A DNA stretch of 64,000 nt from the NCBI GenBank assembly GCA_030390025.1, contig CM059430.1, positions 76,818,001 through 76,882,000 on the forward strand. Reading direction: 5' to 3'. Shown in pieces: positions 52,040 through 64,000 of this stretch. The notes under the pieces were generated by a model. It saw only the letters and a list, made by a program, of their open reading frames with translations, had not been told where the DNA came from and did not search any database. A program made the position numbers and the translations under genes. This DNA is from Squalus acanthias (lineage: Eukaryota). How positions within the stretch are numbered: position 1 is the stretch's first letter; each line of letters opens with the position of its first letter.

Positions 52040-55000
52040 ATACGAACATAAGAAGATAAGCAATAGGAGCAGGAGTAGGCCATTCGGCCCTTCCAGCCTG
52101 CTCCGCCATTCAATGTGATCATGGCTGATCTTCTGCCTCAATTCCATTCACCGGCCTTATCACCATATCCCTTGATGCCCTTACTAGTCACAAATCTATC
52201 GACTTCTGTTTTGAATATACCCAGTGACTGAGCCTCCACAGCCCTCTGGGATACAGAAATCAAAAGATTCACCACCCTCCGTGTGAAGAAATTTCTTCTC
52301 ATCTCAGTCCTGAATGGCCCACACTTTAACCTGAGTCTATGGCCCCTGGTTCTAAACTCCCCAGCCAAGGGAAACATTCTCCCAGCATCCACCCTATCAA
52401 GCCCTGTAATCATTTTGTATGCTTCAATGAGATCCCCTCTCATTCTTCTGAATTCAAGAGAATACAGGCCTACTTTACTCAATCTCTTCTCGTACGACAG
52501 TCCCGCCATCCCAGGAATCAATCTCGTGAACCTTCGTTGCACTCCCTTTATGGCAAGTATATCCTTCCTTAGGTAAGGAAACCAAAATTGTACACAGTAC
52601 CCCAGGTGTGGTCTCACCAAGGCCCGATATAATTGGAGTAAGACTTCTTTACTCCTGTACTCAAATTCTCTTGTAATGAAGGCCAGCATATCATTTTCCT
52701 TCCTAATGGCTTGCTGCACCTGCACATTCACTTTCAGTGACTCATGTACAAGGACACCCAGGTCCCTTTGAGCATCTGCATTCCCCAATCTTTCACCATT
52801 TAGGAAATACTCTGCCATTCTGTTTTTTCTACCAAAGTGGATAACGTCACATTTATCCACATTATATTCCATCTGCCATGTTCTCGCCCACCCACTGAGC
52901 CTGTCGAGATCCCCTTGAAGCCTCTTCACAACCTCTTCGCAACTGACACTGCCACCTAGCTTTGTGTCATCAGCAATTTTGGAAATGTTACATTTAGTCC
53001 CCTCATCCAAATCATTGATATAGATTGTGAATAGCTGGGGCCCAAGCACCGATCATTGCGGTACCCCACTAGTCACAGCCTGCCATCCTAAAAATACCCA
53101 TTTATCCCTACTCTTTTTTTTCTGCCTGTTAACCAATTCTCAATCCATGCTAGTATATTACCCCCAATTCCATGTGCCCTAATTTTGCTCCCCAAATCTT
53201 GTGTGGGACCTTATCGAAGGCCTTCTGAAAATCCAGTTACACCACATCTACCGGTTCCCCTTTGTCTACTCCACTAGTTACATCCTCAAAGAACTCCAAT
53301 AAGTTTGTCAAACAGGATTTCTCTTTCATAACTCCATGTTGACTCTGCCCAATCTTACTATTAGTTTCTAAGTGCCCAATTATTGCATCCTTTATAATAG
53401 ATTCCAGCATTTTCCCAACTACTGATGTGAGGCTAACAGGTCTGTAGTTCCCTGTTTTCTCTCTCCCTCCTTTCCTAAATAGCTGGGTTACGTTTGCTGT
53501 CTTCCAATCTGCAGAAACCGTTCCAAAATCTATAGAATTTTGGAAGATGAAAACCAATTTGTCCAATATCCCAATGGCCACCTCTTTCGAAACCCTGGGA
53601 TGTCGGTCAACCGGTCCTTGGGATTTATCGACTTTTGGTCCCATTAATTTTCCTAGTAATGTTTTTTTACTAATAATAATTTCTTTAAGTTTCTCATTCT
53701 CGCCACACCCTCGTATTTCTGGGAGGTTTTTTGTGTCTTCCTCCATGAAGACAGAAACAAAGTATTTATTTAATTTCTCTGCCATTTCCTCATTCCAATT
53801 ATAAATTCTCCCGTCTCTGACTGTAAATGACCTACATTTACCTTCGCCAGTCTTTTCCTTTTCACATACCGATAGAAGACTTTACAATCCGTTTTTATAT
53901 TTTTCGCTAGTTTGTGCTCATATTTCATTTTTTCTTTCTTTATCAATTTCTTGGTCCCCCTTTGCTAATTCTGAAAAGATCCCAATCCTCAGGCTGACCG
54001 CTTTTTCTGGCAACTTTATACGCTTCCTCCTTTGACTTAATACTGGCTTTACTTTATTTTGTTAGCCATGGTTGGATCACTTTTGCTTTTGGGTTTTTAT
54101 ATCCTAGAGGAATATATGTTTGTTGCAAATTATGCATTATTTCCTTTAATGTTAGCCATTGTATGTCCACCTTCATACCTTTTAGAGCAGTCTCCTAATC
54201 TACCATGGCCAACTTGTCTCTCATATCCTTGTAGTTTCCTCTGTTTAAATTGAAGACCTTAGTTTTAGATTGGACTCCATCACTCTTAAACTTAATATAA
54301 AATTCAATCATATTATGGTCACTTGTCCCTAAAGGCCCCTTTACCACAAGATTATTGATTAGCCCTTTCTCATTACACATTACCAGATCCAGAATAGCCT
54401 GCTCCCTGGTTGGTTCCTCCACATACTGATCCAGGAAACCATCTCGCATGCATTCCAAGAATTCGTCCTCCACATCATTAGCGGTAATTTGATTTGCCCA
54501 GTCAATATGTAGATTAAAGTTCCCCATGATTACTGTATTGCCCTTGTTACATGCACTTCTAATCTGTTGATTGATACTGTGCCCTACATTACCACTACTG
54601 TTTGGTGACCTATATAACAACTCCCACCAATATTTTCCGCCCTTTGCTGTTTCTTAGCTCCACCCAAACTGATTCCAGTTCTACATCACGATCTGCTAAG
54701 TCAAGATCTTTTATCTCTACCGTACCAATCTCATCCCTTATTAACAGCACTACGCCATCTCCTTTTCCTTTTTGTCTGTCCTTCCTAAATGTTGAGTACC
54801 CTTGAACATTCAGTTCCTAGCTTTGGTTACCCTGCAACCATGTCTCTGTAATGGCAATTACATCATACCCATTTACTTTTATTAGTGCCATTAATTCATC
54901 CACCTTATTGCGAATGCTACGTGCATTTAGATCAAGTGTCTTCAACTTTGCCTGTTTAATATTTTTCTGCACTTTGACCTACTTTACAGTTGGCCTTTGT

Positions 55001-55157
55001 TTCTGCTTCCTACTAGTTTTGCTGACTATTTTCTAACTTGCACTTCCAGCTTTGTTTCTATCTGTTCTGGGCCCACACTTAGGTTCCCATCCCCCTGACA
55101 AACTAGTTTAAATCCTTCCCAACAGCACTTGCAAACCCCCCTGTGAGGATATTGGTC
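52040..55157 (-). mobile_element. CR1 LINE: end of ORF1 plus entire but disrupted ORF2; same subfamily as 8059-10910
   Basis: EN and RT motifs; ORF1 C-terminus-like LHL...GTNIL...LN* at ~55100-55157. Confidence 0.95.
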
Positions 55158-55759
55158 CCGGTTCTGCCGAGGTGTAACAAAATGGCTGCAGAATGTAGAC
55201 AAATCTATAGTCCCCGTGGGACATGGGGTGGAGGGTGCGGAGAGATCAGTTTCTGACCGCCTGGTTCTCTTTATTGAGATCTTTGATATTTACGGTTTTT
55301 GGAAAACGAACTCTTCTCATGGAGATGAGTATGGAGTGTTGTCAGCAGATACTGATGTTCTCAAATGAAAGATAAGGTCAGGGAGCAGGGCAGCGCCAAG
55401 TTTGAAAAGAAGAGGAGATGAATAGGAAAACAATAACCTTATGATGCCAAGCTTGGGTTTTAAATCTGCAGTTTCTGAAATATTTTATTGTGCAGTTGAT
55501 GTTGCACGAGCTGAAGGAACCAAACAATAGCAACAAATCCAGTTTCACAATCAGGATATTACAATATTTATGAACAACATTATTACACAATTTGAACAAC
55601 ATTATTACACAATTTAAACAACTGGTTCTAAAAGATTTATGGGTAAGCATTGGTGTTAGGCAACCTCCTTTCTCGTCTTGTTCACAACAACACGTTTAGA
55701 GTAAGCACAAAACTTCTGCTCAGGCATTCAAATCAAGTTCCCGTCCAGGAGCAGCATTC

Positions 55760-57752
55760 CAGATTCTCCGAGCATCTGGAAGCGAGGCAATAGAGCTCGC
55801 TAGGCATTGAGGGAAACTAAAAGGGCAATGCCTTCTGAACTAATACAAATAAAAATTAAGTGAAAAAATGCAGTTTTTAGCCCTCATTGCCTTAAACAAA
55901 AAGTCCCAGATGGGAGTCTCAAGCTCTTAAAGCTGAATTCCCTTCCGAAACTCCAAAAATGGGAAAAGAGCTTCAGCACTAACACAAATGGCTCAGCAAG
56001 CCCAGGGTCTCACACGCAGCATTCCAGCTATTTTCAGGGGGGCAACACTGCATGAGAGGTTGTCTACCCACAGGAGCCAGGAGGCCCTCCAGAAAGAAGA
56101 ATGTGGGACCAGATCACCGAGGCCGTCACTGCCAGCAGTGTTGCCCCCACCATCTGGCTCCAGTGCCGAAAGAAGTTCATAACATCAGACCACTGGTCAC
56201 GATCAGTGAATGCATCTTCAAAAGTCGTCTCCTACCAACTGCATCACCAGCATCACACACTTCTCAAAGCAAAACTCCCCCCCCCCCCACCAATCACTCA
56301 CCTACCAACAATCTGTACCAATCACGAGGCACTTCTCTCATTCCTACCCTCACCTCACTCCTTGGAGGAGACAGTGCAAGCCACTCTTAACAGAGGCATG
56401 GCTGAGCCCCTGGCCAATGGCGGGGCAGAAAGGATACAAAGTGCTGGTATCCGCATATGTTATCCTTCTTCTGGCATGCACCTCTTGCATTCCCTCCCTC
56501 CAACCAACACAAATCTACCCTTGTGCCTTCTTCATTTCACACAACAAAGAAATGCAGCTTGCTCAGCCAATGGTTGGCCAAGAAGAGGGAGAGGAGAGTG
56601 AAGTAGAAGAACAAAAAGGAAAACCGTCACTTGATTTGACACACCCAGCCACCAGCTCCTCAAGGGTGACCAGCAAGGCCATCTGAGGTGTTCCTCATTG
56701 AAATTCAGCAGCCTTCCACCAGCCATGTTGCAGCCGCTGGGGTAGCACTGCGTGACATCAGTAGGATACGCAAAGGCACACACAAGTTAGTCACTAAGAG
56801 AATACATAAGGTTGATGTGGCGATGTCTTGATGTCACATTGGATGGATAGATGTACATATAGGTGGATTGGAAAGTTTGCTTCGTGGCGGCTTTTATTTC
56901 AGCATCGTGGCCAAGTGGACGCCGTAATGGTCAATAACAGATGGAAGGTAACATGTGGGACTGATGTTGATGGGATAATTGGGGTTGTGGTCACTGGTAC
57001 CACAGGCGGATGATTCCATCCTGGATATCCTGTCCAGAAAGGAGCTGTTTCGGATTCATCCTTCCGTCTGCTTCCTTCTCTTTGGCTTCCTCCTTTTCGG
57101 CTTCCTTCTCTTCGATTTCTTCCTCTGCTGTTTCTTCCTCTCCTGCGTCTTCCTCTTCCCTTGGCGAGCGGATGCTGTAGATCTAAAATGACACCATAAA
57201 ATGCTGGAAATACTCAGCAGATCAGGCAGCATCTTGACCTGAGACGTGAACTCTGTTACTCTCTCCACGGATGTTGCCTGACCTGCAGAGCATTTTCAGC
57301 ATTTTCTTTCTTCTCAGAGGTCCTGCAATCGTCCAGCAGCACTCCCTACACAGTTAAAAAAACTTTTAACATGTATCGCAGTAAACCATTACTTCAATAA
57401 ATTCAAAGATCAAAGTCCAAAAGCTTAAATGCAAACTTACCTGAAAGATGTAGTGGTCCCTTTAAGAGTTGCTGACAGCGCCACTGTCAATCTGCTGCAC
57501 ACTAGGTTTACCTCGAAGCTTAGGATCCAGCGCTGAACTCAGCACTAAGTTCCAAGTTCGCCGTGCTGACGTTAAGTCGGAGATGTCACCTCTCCCTCAT
57601 TTTAATTTGCAGGGAGTTGGATCTTACCGGCGGCACCGTCGGGCCTGGGAAAATGGAGGACGCCACGGGCCCCGACACCAGCTGGCGAAGGAGCGGCAGC
57701 CGCCCACTTTACGCAACCTTTTGCGGGTAATGGGTGATGTTAAGCCCCCGAA
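55760..57752. mobile_element. Non-autonomous Harbinger-derived element
   Basis: WDQITEAV...WLQCRKKF Myb/SANT remnant (+); acidic transposase tail (-); TIR-like right end. Confidence 0.7.
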
Positions 57753-58457
57753 TTTTAAGCCCATGAGTTGAGTGTAATAGTAACACATCGCTGTTCTGTT
57801 CCTGTGACTGAATACCAGCCCCTTGAACTGTCCAGTTACCCAAATAAACTCCCCTCTGCACCAACTTTTGAAAATTGCGACTGTTTCGTCAGAGCAGAGA
57901 AGATTATGGGGTCATTAGATGTGTTTACAATTATGAATGATAGGATAGGTGGGATAGACGTAATTTTGGCGGTAGTGTAAAAGCGACGATATGAGATTGT
58001 TTGCTCATTATACACCTCGCCCGATTTTGCTTTCAAATGAAGGAAAATCGGGCTGAACCAATATCGCCAATTTTAAACCATCGCCAAAATTACCCCAGAC
58101 TGTTTCCAGTGATTGAAGGGTCTAGAACGAGCCAAGACAGATATAGGATTGAATGTAAGAGAGGAGGAGAAACCTGTTTGCACAGAGGGTTGTGAAGATG
58201 TGGAATGCACTACCGAAGTTAATAGATGAATCAGAGACCAAGCCAATATTTAAGAATAGGTTGGCTGGGTGGTGGAAGGAAATGAAGATAAATGAAGCGG
58301 GTGGCCACATGGGATTAGATACTGCTGGAGGATAAGCACTGTTTAGGCCGATAGGCCCGCTTCGTGTTGCAATTTCTATCTAATTCTATGCAATCTGCTG
58401 GTAATCTTTATTAAATTCTTTTCCAGAACTTTTTTAAATAAAAAAAATATTTATTAC

Positions 58458-58571
58458 CTTTACTTTTCTTTAATTGACATCGCTTCGCAATAATGAGAGC
58501 CACCATTAGAAATACCAGTCCAACCAATGCACATCTGGAAATCAGTAAGACACGGGAGCTGTTGGCAAGAT
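58458..58571 (-). CDS. Gene C transmembrane exon DLANSSRVLLISRCALVGLVFLMVALIIAKRCQLKKSK
   Basis: Same splice sites as gene A; 114 nt. Confidence 0.85.
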
Positions 58572-59246
58572 CTAAAATATTAAAGTAAATTATATAAATA
58601 TTAAGGATATGTCCAAATTGGCACCCAACCACAACTATAAGTAATGGATTCCTGTCTGAAAATTATTTTCAGCAAACACGTGGTCTGAAAAAACAGAGAC
58701 ATTTTAAATCAATCTTTGTCAGTTTGTATTTTTTTCACGAAATTCTAGTGTTATGAAAAACATATTTTCTCGAAACTAAATTTAATCTGGTTTCTTGTTG
58801 ATAATAAGATTGCGACTGAAAGTGACAACGGTTAATTTTTAACTTTGTACTGTGTCTAATAGCTGTTGATACAATTACAGTTTCCAGCAGATTGTGAGCA
58901 CAGCTTGTGGGACGCAGGAGGCAGCGATTCTGCAACAACCTGTCGGCCGGAGTTACCGCCCGCTCTTGCCCCAAGAGTCAGTGCCACATCTGAGCCGTGA
59001 CACCAGGACTGCAGGAGGAGCCGCCCAATAAGGCAGGAGACCAGGAGCGGCAATCGTAGAGCTCTTTGAACAGAATTAAACCTGATTAAAAGTGAACAAA
59101 GGCAAACAGGATTCCTACACTTTTATGGAAGTAAAACCTGGTGAAAGAGCCGGAGTAGAACAACGAGTGAGAAAGGACAGTTTGTTCAACATGGAGAGTC
59201 GCAGCAATGATTCTGTCTGCAGGATAACTGAGATCTACAATCTTAC

Positions 59247-59555
59247 CTGTCGGGTACCTGACAATGTGAGTGGCCGTGGCTGAAATTTTGAGGGTTCTGT
59301 GAGACACCAGGCAGGTATAAACGGTCCCGGTGTGGACATCCAGCGTCTCTTCCAACCGGCTGGAAGCATCATATAGTCCATCAGTGTTGGGTTGATTAAT
59401 GTTATTTATCCTTGTTGCAAATTTGGTGCCATCCTTATACCAGCTGAAGCTGATATTCTGCGGGTAAAAGGGTGAAGTGGTGCACAGTAGAGTCAGTGAC
59501 GCAGGTGACTCCTTTTCAGTTTCCAGAGAGACAATTTTCAGTGGAGTTGGCGGAA
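59247..59555 (-). CDS. Gene C Ig C1-set exon
   Basis: C1 motifs, 309 nt, canonical splice sites. Confidence 0.93.
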
Positions 59556-61590
59556 CTAGAAAAATGGAGGAAAAGAATGTTACTTCGACATTATTCAAGG
59601 TTATCAACCCATCGTTTCATTTGTGACAGGACATTTTCTCTGTGCGCTATCAGTAGGGACACAGATAACGGCATCTTCTAAATCTAAACCTGATGTTCAT
59701 GTTTCCCTCTTTATTTGTGGGTAAATTTTGTAATGTTCTATTACATTTGTTCTATAGAATTTTCTACTGTATTCTATTATTACTCAGTGCTAATTTTTCA
59801 GGTTTTTAACATCTTTACAACTTTAACAATTAGCACAAGGAGGTATTGTTCTTCAATGTATCTGATCTAAATTCACAACATTAAAATATTGCCCTTTCCA
59901 TAAGGGTAAGGAACACTGTCTACTTCTCCCTCTATATGGCTCCTTGGATGAAGCAAATAATATGACTTGTGCAATTGAGAAAGTTTGCTGAATTTATATT
60001 CTGTTCATTTAACCGGGGTTCTTACACTTTCCTCGATTTAAAACCTGGTTAAGGCCTGCAGTATAACAACTGGCGACAAAATACGATTTTCCCAAGCGGG
60101 AGAGGCTTTGGAACTCAAGTTCTGGTCAACATCTTACTTACTGGAGATTAGGAAGTTTATGAAAATATGGGGTTGGTGGTTCAGGATGCAGACAGAGCAC
60201 AATAACTAACTGTTATTTACACCCGGATTTCAAGACTCAATATATGGATCATTATATTATAAATCCGCCAATCTGTATTCCAAGAGTAAATGTCAGTCCT
60301 CACAAACCAAGACCGACAATGACGTACATTTGTTTTATAGTCTTTGTTGACATGCCAGTACAACAGCAGCCAATTCGCACACAGCAAGGCCCCACAGAGA
60401 GTTCTGAGGTAAATAATCAGATAGTGTTGCTGAGCGATAAATATTGTTCAATACTCCACTGCTATTTCTGGAATAGTGCCATAGGATCTTTTGCGTCCTG
60501 AGAGGGCAGATGGTGTCTCGGTTTAAGGTCTCCGCAGACTGATGGCACCTCCGACAGGCAGCACTCCCTCAGCACTGCACTGAAGTGTCAGCCTAGATTA
60601 AGTGCTCAAGTATCTGGAGTGGGACTTGAACCAACGACCTTCTGACTCCGAGGCAGGGTGACACCAGTGTGCCATGGCTGACATATTGGGGGAGATTTTC
60701 AACTTGCTGGCTTGGTGTCCACTATTGGCCAGCCCATATAACATCCTGGATTTTCATTTTTACTGATATGGGGCGGTTTCTATAACTGGTGGCGCAATCC
60801 TAACTACAATTTTACTCTGGATTTGCAAATTGAGTACCTACCCCATCAAAAAGAAGATGACGGCAGATAAGCACCAAGGGGTAGATTTGATTTTGTACGA
60901 TAGTGTAACACGGGCGATTGCAAGTCGACAGTCCGGTTTACATCTCTACCGATTTTTATTTCCATTGATGTCAATAGAGTGCAAAATCGGAAGAAATGGA
61001 AAACGGGCTGTAGATTCGCCATCACCCGAATTACATTCTCACACAAATTTAAAACCTATCCCAAGTAGATCATTGCAGCCCAGATACTTCTTGAGGGATG
61101 GATCCATCCTTCACTTATACTGCAACTTTCAACTCTACGAGTTTGTTATACAGATGGTGCTCTTAAATCTTAGAATGAATCTGTTAACATATTAAACTCT
61201 AGTTTAACTTTTGGGGCCGATTGTTGTACCGATATTTTATTCCATTCACTTCAAAGGAAAGGACAAGAGGGAGGGTGAATAACCAGCAGTCGCTCCGATA
61301 TAGCGCGTTTTACACTATCCACAAAATTAAAACGACAATCGATTTGTTTAATAATAGGGAAGTATTGAAATAATCATCTACATGTAACCCTATCAATCTT
61401 CCGTATAAGTACAATTTATACATATAAAACAATTGGAATTTGAGTTCCAAAGTAAATGCTTCAAAGTATAACTGAACAATTCTGCGAACTATGAAACAGT
61501 GTAGAATGCAAACAATTCCAAAGTATGCTTGATCCGCTGGATATATTTGCAGTGAAATAATATAGTCACATGGATCTCTTTTATACTTAC

Positions 61591-61911
61591 CCCAGACAGC
61601 TAAATTGGATCCTGTTCCGTTTCCAACTATTCTGCCTCGATGGGCGACAGTGCAATAATATACTCCCGAGTCCTGGACACTCGCATTGATTATCTGAAGG
61701 AAGCCGCTGAATTTAGTTTTGGAGCCAGTTACTTTTCTGTCATCGGGTCCTGTGCTTAGATATTTATTATCACCCTGTTTCCACCAGTACACCTTCACCC
61801 CTGGTCCGTCTTGAAAGACGGGAAGCGTGCAATGAAAGGAAACGCTTGTACCCCTCCTTATGTTCGCGCTTTCAGGGAGCTGAGTCACTTTGACCGAGGT
61901 TTCGCAGGAGC
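61591..61911 (-). CDS. Gene C Ig V-set exon with joined J-like segment
   Basis: 321 nt, DSGVYYC...NGTGSNLAVW, canonical splice sites. Confidence 0.93.
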
Positions 61912-62078
61912 CTATCGGGAAAGAAAATCAAAACCGAATTATTGAGAATATTACACAGAAAAAGCGCGAGGGTAAGTGAGTCAGGCAATATGTGCAAAGG
62001 ACAATGAAACATGTATCAAATGGAAGCTAAGCAACTCCACGTTTTAGCGAGAAAGCAAGGTATAGAAACAACAGGTAC

Positions 62079-62133
62079 CTGTGAACATGATCCCCAGAAC
62101 AGAGAGGCACTGAAGTACAGCACTCGCCAACAT
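62079..62133 (-). CDS. Gene C leader exon MLASAVLQCLSVLGIMFT(G)
   Basis: Peptide identical to the gene A leader; phase-1 donor. Confidence 0.85.
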
Positions 62134-63519
62134 TCTGAACCAATTGATCATTCGGAGCGACAGACCGTGAACTGGCTGATGGTTCGTAAGAACGTTGAAC
62201 AGCCGGAGTATGAAATACGTCACAATGAAGTGTTACATCCTGATGTAGAATTTCCGCTGAATTTATTCGCGAAACCTGTCCAATCTGGGCTGGGGGGAGG
62301 TAAACGGTGGGAATCGGACGTCATGAAATACCGGCCCTTGTGCGTGTTGTTAGAAGTGGAGGGGGTGGTAAGAATGACCGGCACCCCTATTGGCAGTGAT
62401 AAGGAAATGACAGGTGTTACAGGATGACACCAACCATTGGAAAGCCGTTATTCATGCCAGGTTTGCCCCGTCTGAAGCTGGGGTCGATACCTGCAGCTGG
62501 GAATCGAGGTGGAAGTAACTTTTTAAAAGACGTTATTGGTTCTGCAAGAATGACCAATAAGTTGGCAATTTATGAAAGCAACCCGGCCTTCGATCTGTAT
62601 TTGTATGGCTTTGTGGTAGGCGAAAATATTTTCACTCGAACTCACATAAGCTTCACTTAATAGGTTTCCAAAGGGGATTTTTCTCTACAGAGTCTGAACC
62701 GGAGCAGGAGGAAGAACATTACAGGGAAGCAAGCTGCATTTGCCATCAAAGGAGCACAATAAGATCTAGATAAATCCTCCTTCCAAGATGTCACTCAAGA
62801 GATATGTCTGAGGAGGCTGCACTTACGAAAGATTCTCTACATAAGAAGCCAGACGTGAAACTAACTTCCACCACCAGGTAATCACTTAGTCTCGGCGAGG
62901 TCATTATCCATATGTCCAAAGGGTTGGTTTTGTGACTCAGGCTGACATGATGTTCTACCCCCAAAGATCATTTTTTTCGACAGGAGAAGTTTCCAGTCTC
63001 TCAATGTACAGATTGTGTGCGACAACATGCAAGCGATCATACAGTTCATTGTAAGGTATGCTAGAAGTTGTCACTATGATTCATCCATTAACATTTAACA
63101 GTCCCTGCCTTAGCTCCTGCACACCTGATTAATGTGTTACCACCTGGGCCTTTTCCACTCCCTCTTATCCGGGATCTAGACGAAGTATACCGCGGGGCTG
63201 GCTCGTTCTATGATCGGGCAGGGTCCCACCCATATGGGTTCGAATGCATGTTCCCTTCTTCGGTAGTTCAGGAGCATAACCATATCCCCAACTTGATACT
63301 CAAAAGGCTGAACCTTTTTGTCAAAGTACTTTTTTATCTGTTGCTGGCTTTTCCCGGTCTGCTAGGCTAAGAACTTATTTGTTTTCTGAATGTGTTCTAT
63401 CATTGATTCTAACCACCTCTGGTTGTCTTGCATTTTACGCTCACCTAATCACCACCATTTGTCCTTTGGTGTTTGTTATTCGACCTCACTGGCATTCCAG
63501 CCATATATTCTTTGGCTCG

Positions 63520-64000
63520 TGTTTCATCTCCTGACTCCCCAAAGCCTTTCTACCATCTACAAGGCACAAGTAAGTAGTCTGATGAAGTACTCTCCACTTG
63601 CCTGGATGAGTGCAGCTCCAACAACACTCAAGTAGCTCGACACCATCCAGGACAAAGTAGCCTGCTTGATTGCCACCCCATCCACCACCTTAAACATTCA
63701 CTCCCTCCATCACCTGCGTACCGTGGCTGCAGTGTGTGCCATCTGCAAGATGCACTGCAGCAACTAGCCAAGGCTTCTTCGGCAGTACCTCCCAAACCCG
63801 CGAACTCTTCCACCTAGAGTGACAAGGGCAGCAGACGCATGGGAACACCACCACCTCCAAGTTCCCCTCCAAGTCACACACCATCCTGACTGAAAAGTAT
63901 ATCGACGATCCTTCATCGTTGTTGGGTCAAAATCCTGGAACTCCCGATCTAACAGCACTGTGGGAGTACCTTCACCAGACGGACTGCAGTGGTTCAAGAA
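63520..64000 (+). mobile_element. LINE 3' fragment of the second CR1-like family
   Basis: LTPQSLSTIYKAQVSSLMKYSPLAWMSAAP. Confidence 0.85.

Larger units (their letters stand above)
56517..63107. repeat. Segmental duplication copy 2 (gene C)
   Basis: Colinear with 1-7841 minus the CR1 insertion. Confidence 0.95.

Noticed and set aside
52040-55157. 8059-10910 and 52040-55157 as part of the segmental duplication
   Set aside because: Flanks and 5' truncation points differ; independent insertions of one CR1 subfamily.
57056-57268. K/R-rich ORF as a cytoplasmic or NLS exon
   Set aside because: Alternative frame of the E-rich Harbinger transposase tail plus a Penelope hairpin.

Overview
Repeat-rich vertebrate genomic DNA, most likely a cartilaginous fish (inferred from CR1/L2 LINEs, DeuSINE/SacSINE1-like SINEs, Penelope and Harbinger remnants and a 61-62 bp minisatellite). 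Three intron-containing immunoglobulin-superfamily genes lie on the minus strand, here called A (1909-6866), B (~24608/30059-36161) and C (58458-62133). Each has the layout leader - V domain with a germline-joined J-like G strand - C1 domain - transmembrane exon, and all four exons splice in frame through phase-1 GT-AG introns. A and C are recent paralogues inside a ~7 kb segmental duplication and carry an Arg in the TM, as in NKp30-type activating receptors. B is a diverged paralogue with Gly at that position and at least one extra cytoplasmic exon. I saw no RSS at the V exons. The locus looks like a tandem cluster of non-rearranging, antigen-receptor-like VJ-C1 receptors with a possible paired or heterodimeric logic; family assignment (VJC1/PRARP-like, NKp30-related, B7-H6/SIRP-like) needs phylogeny. 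Most other ORFs in the track are transposon fragments or antisense noise. All coordinates and counts were read by eye; repeat boundaries are approximate.
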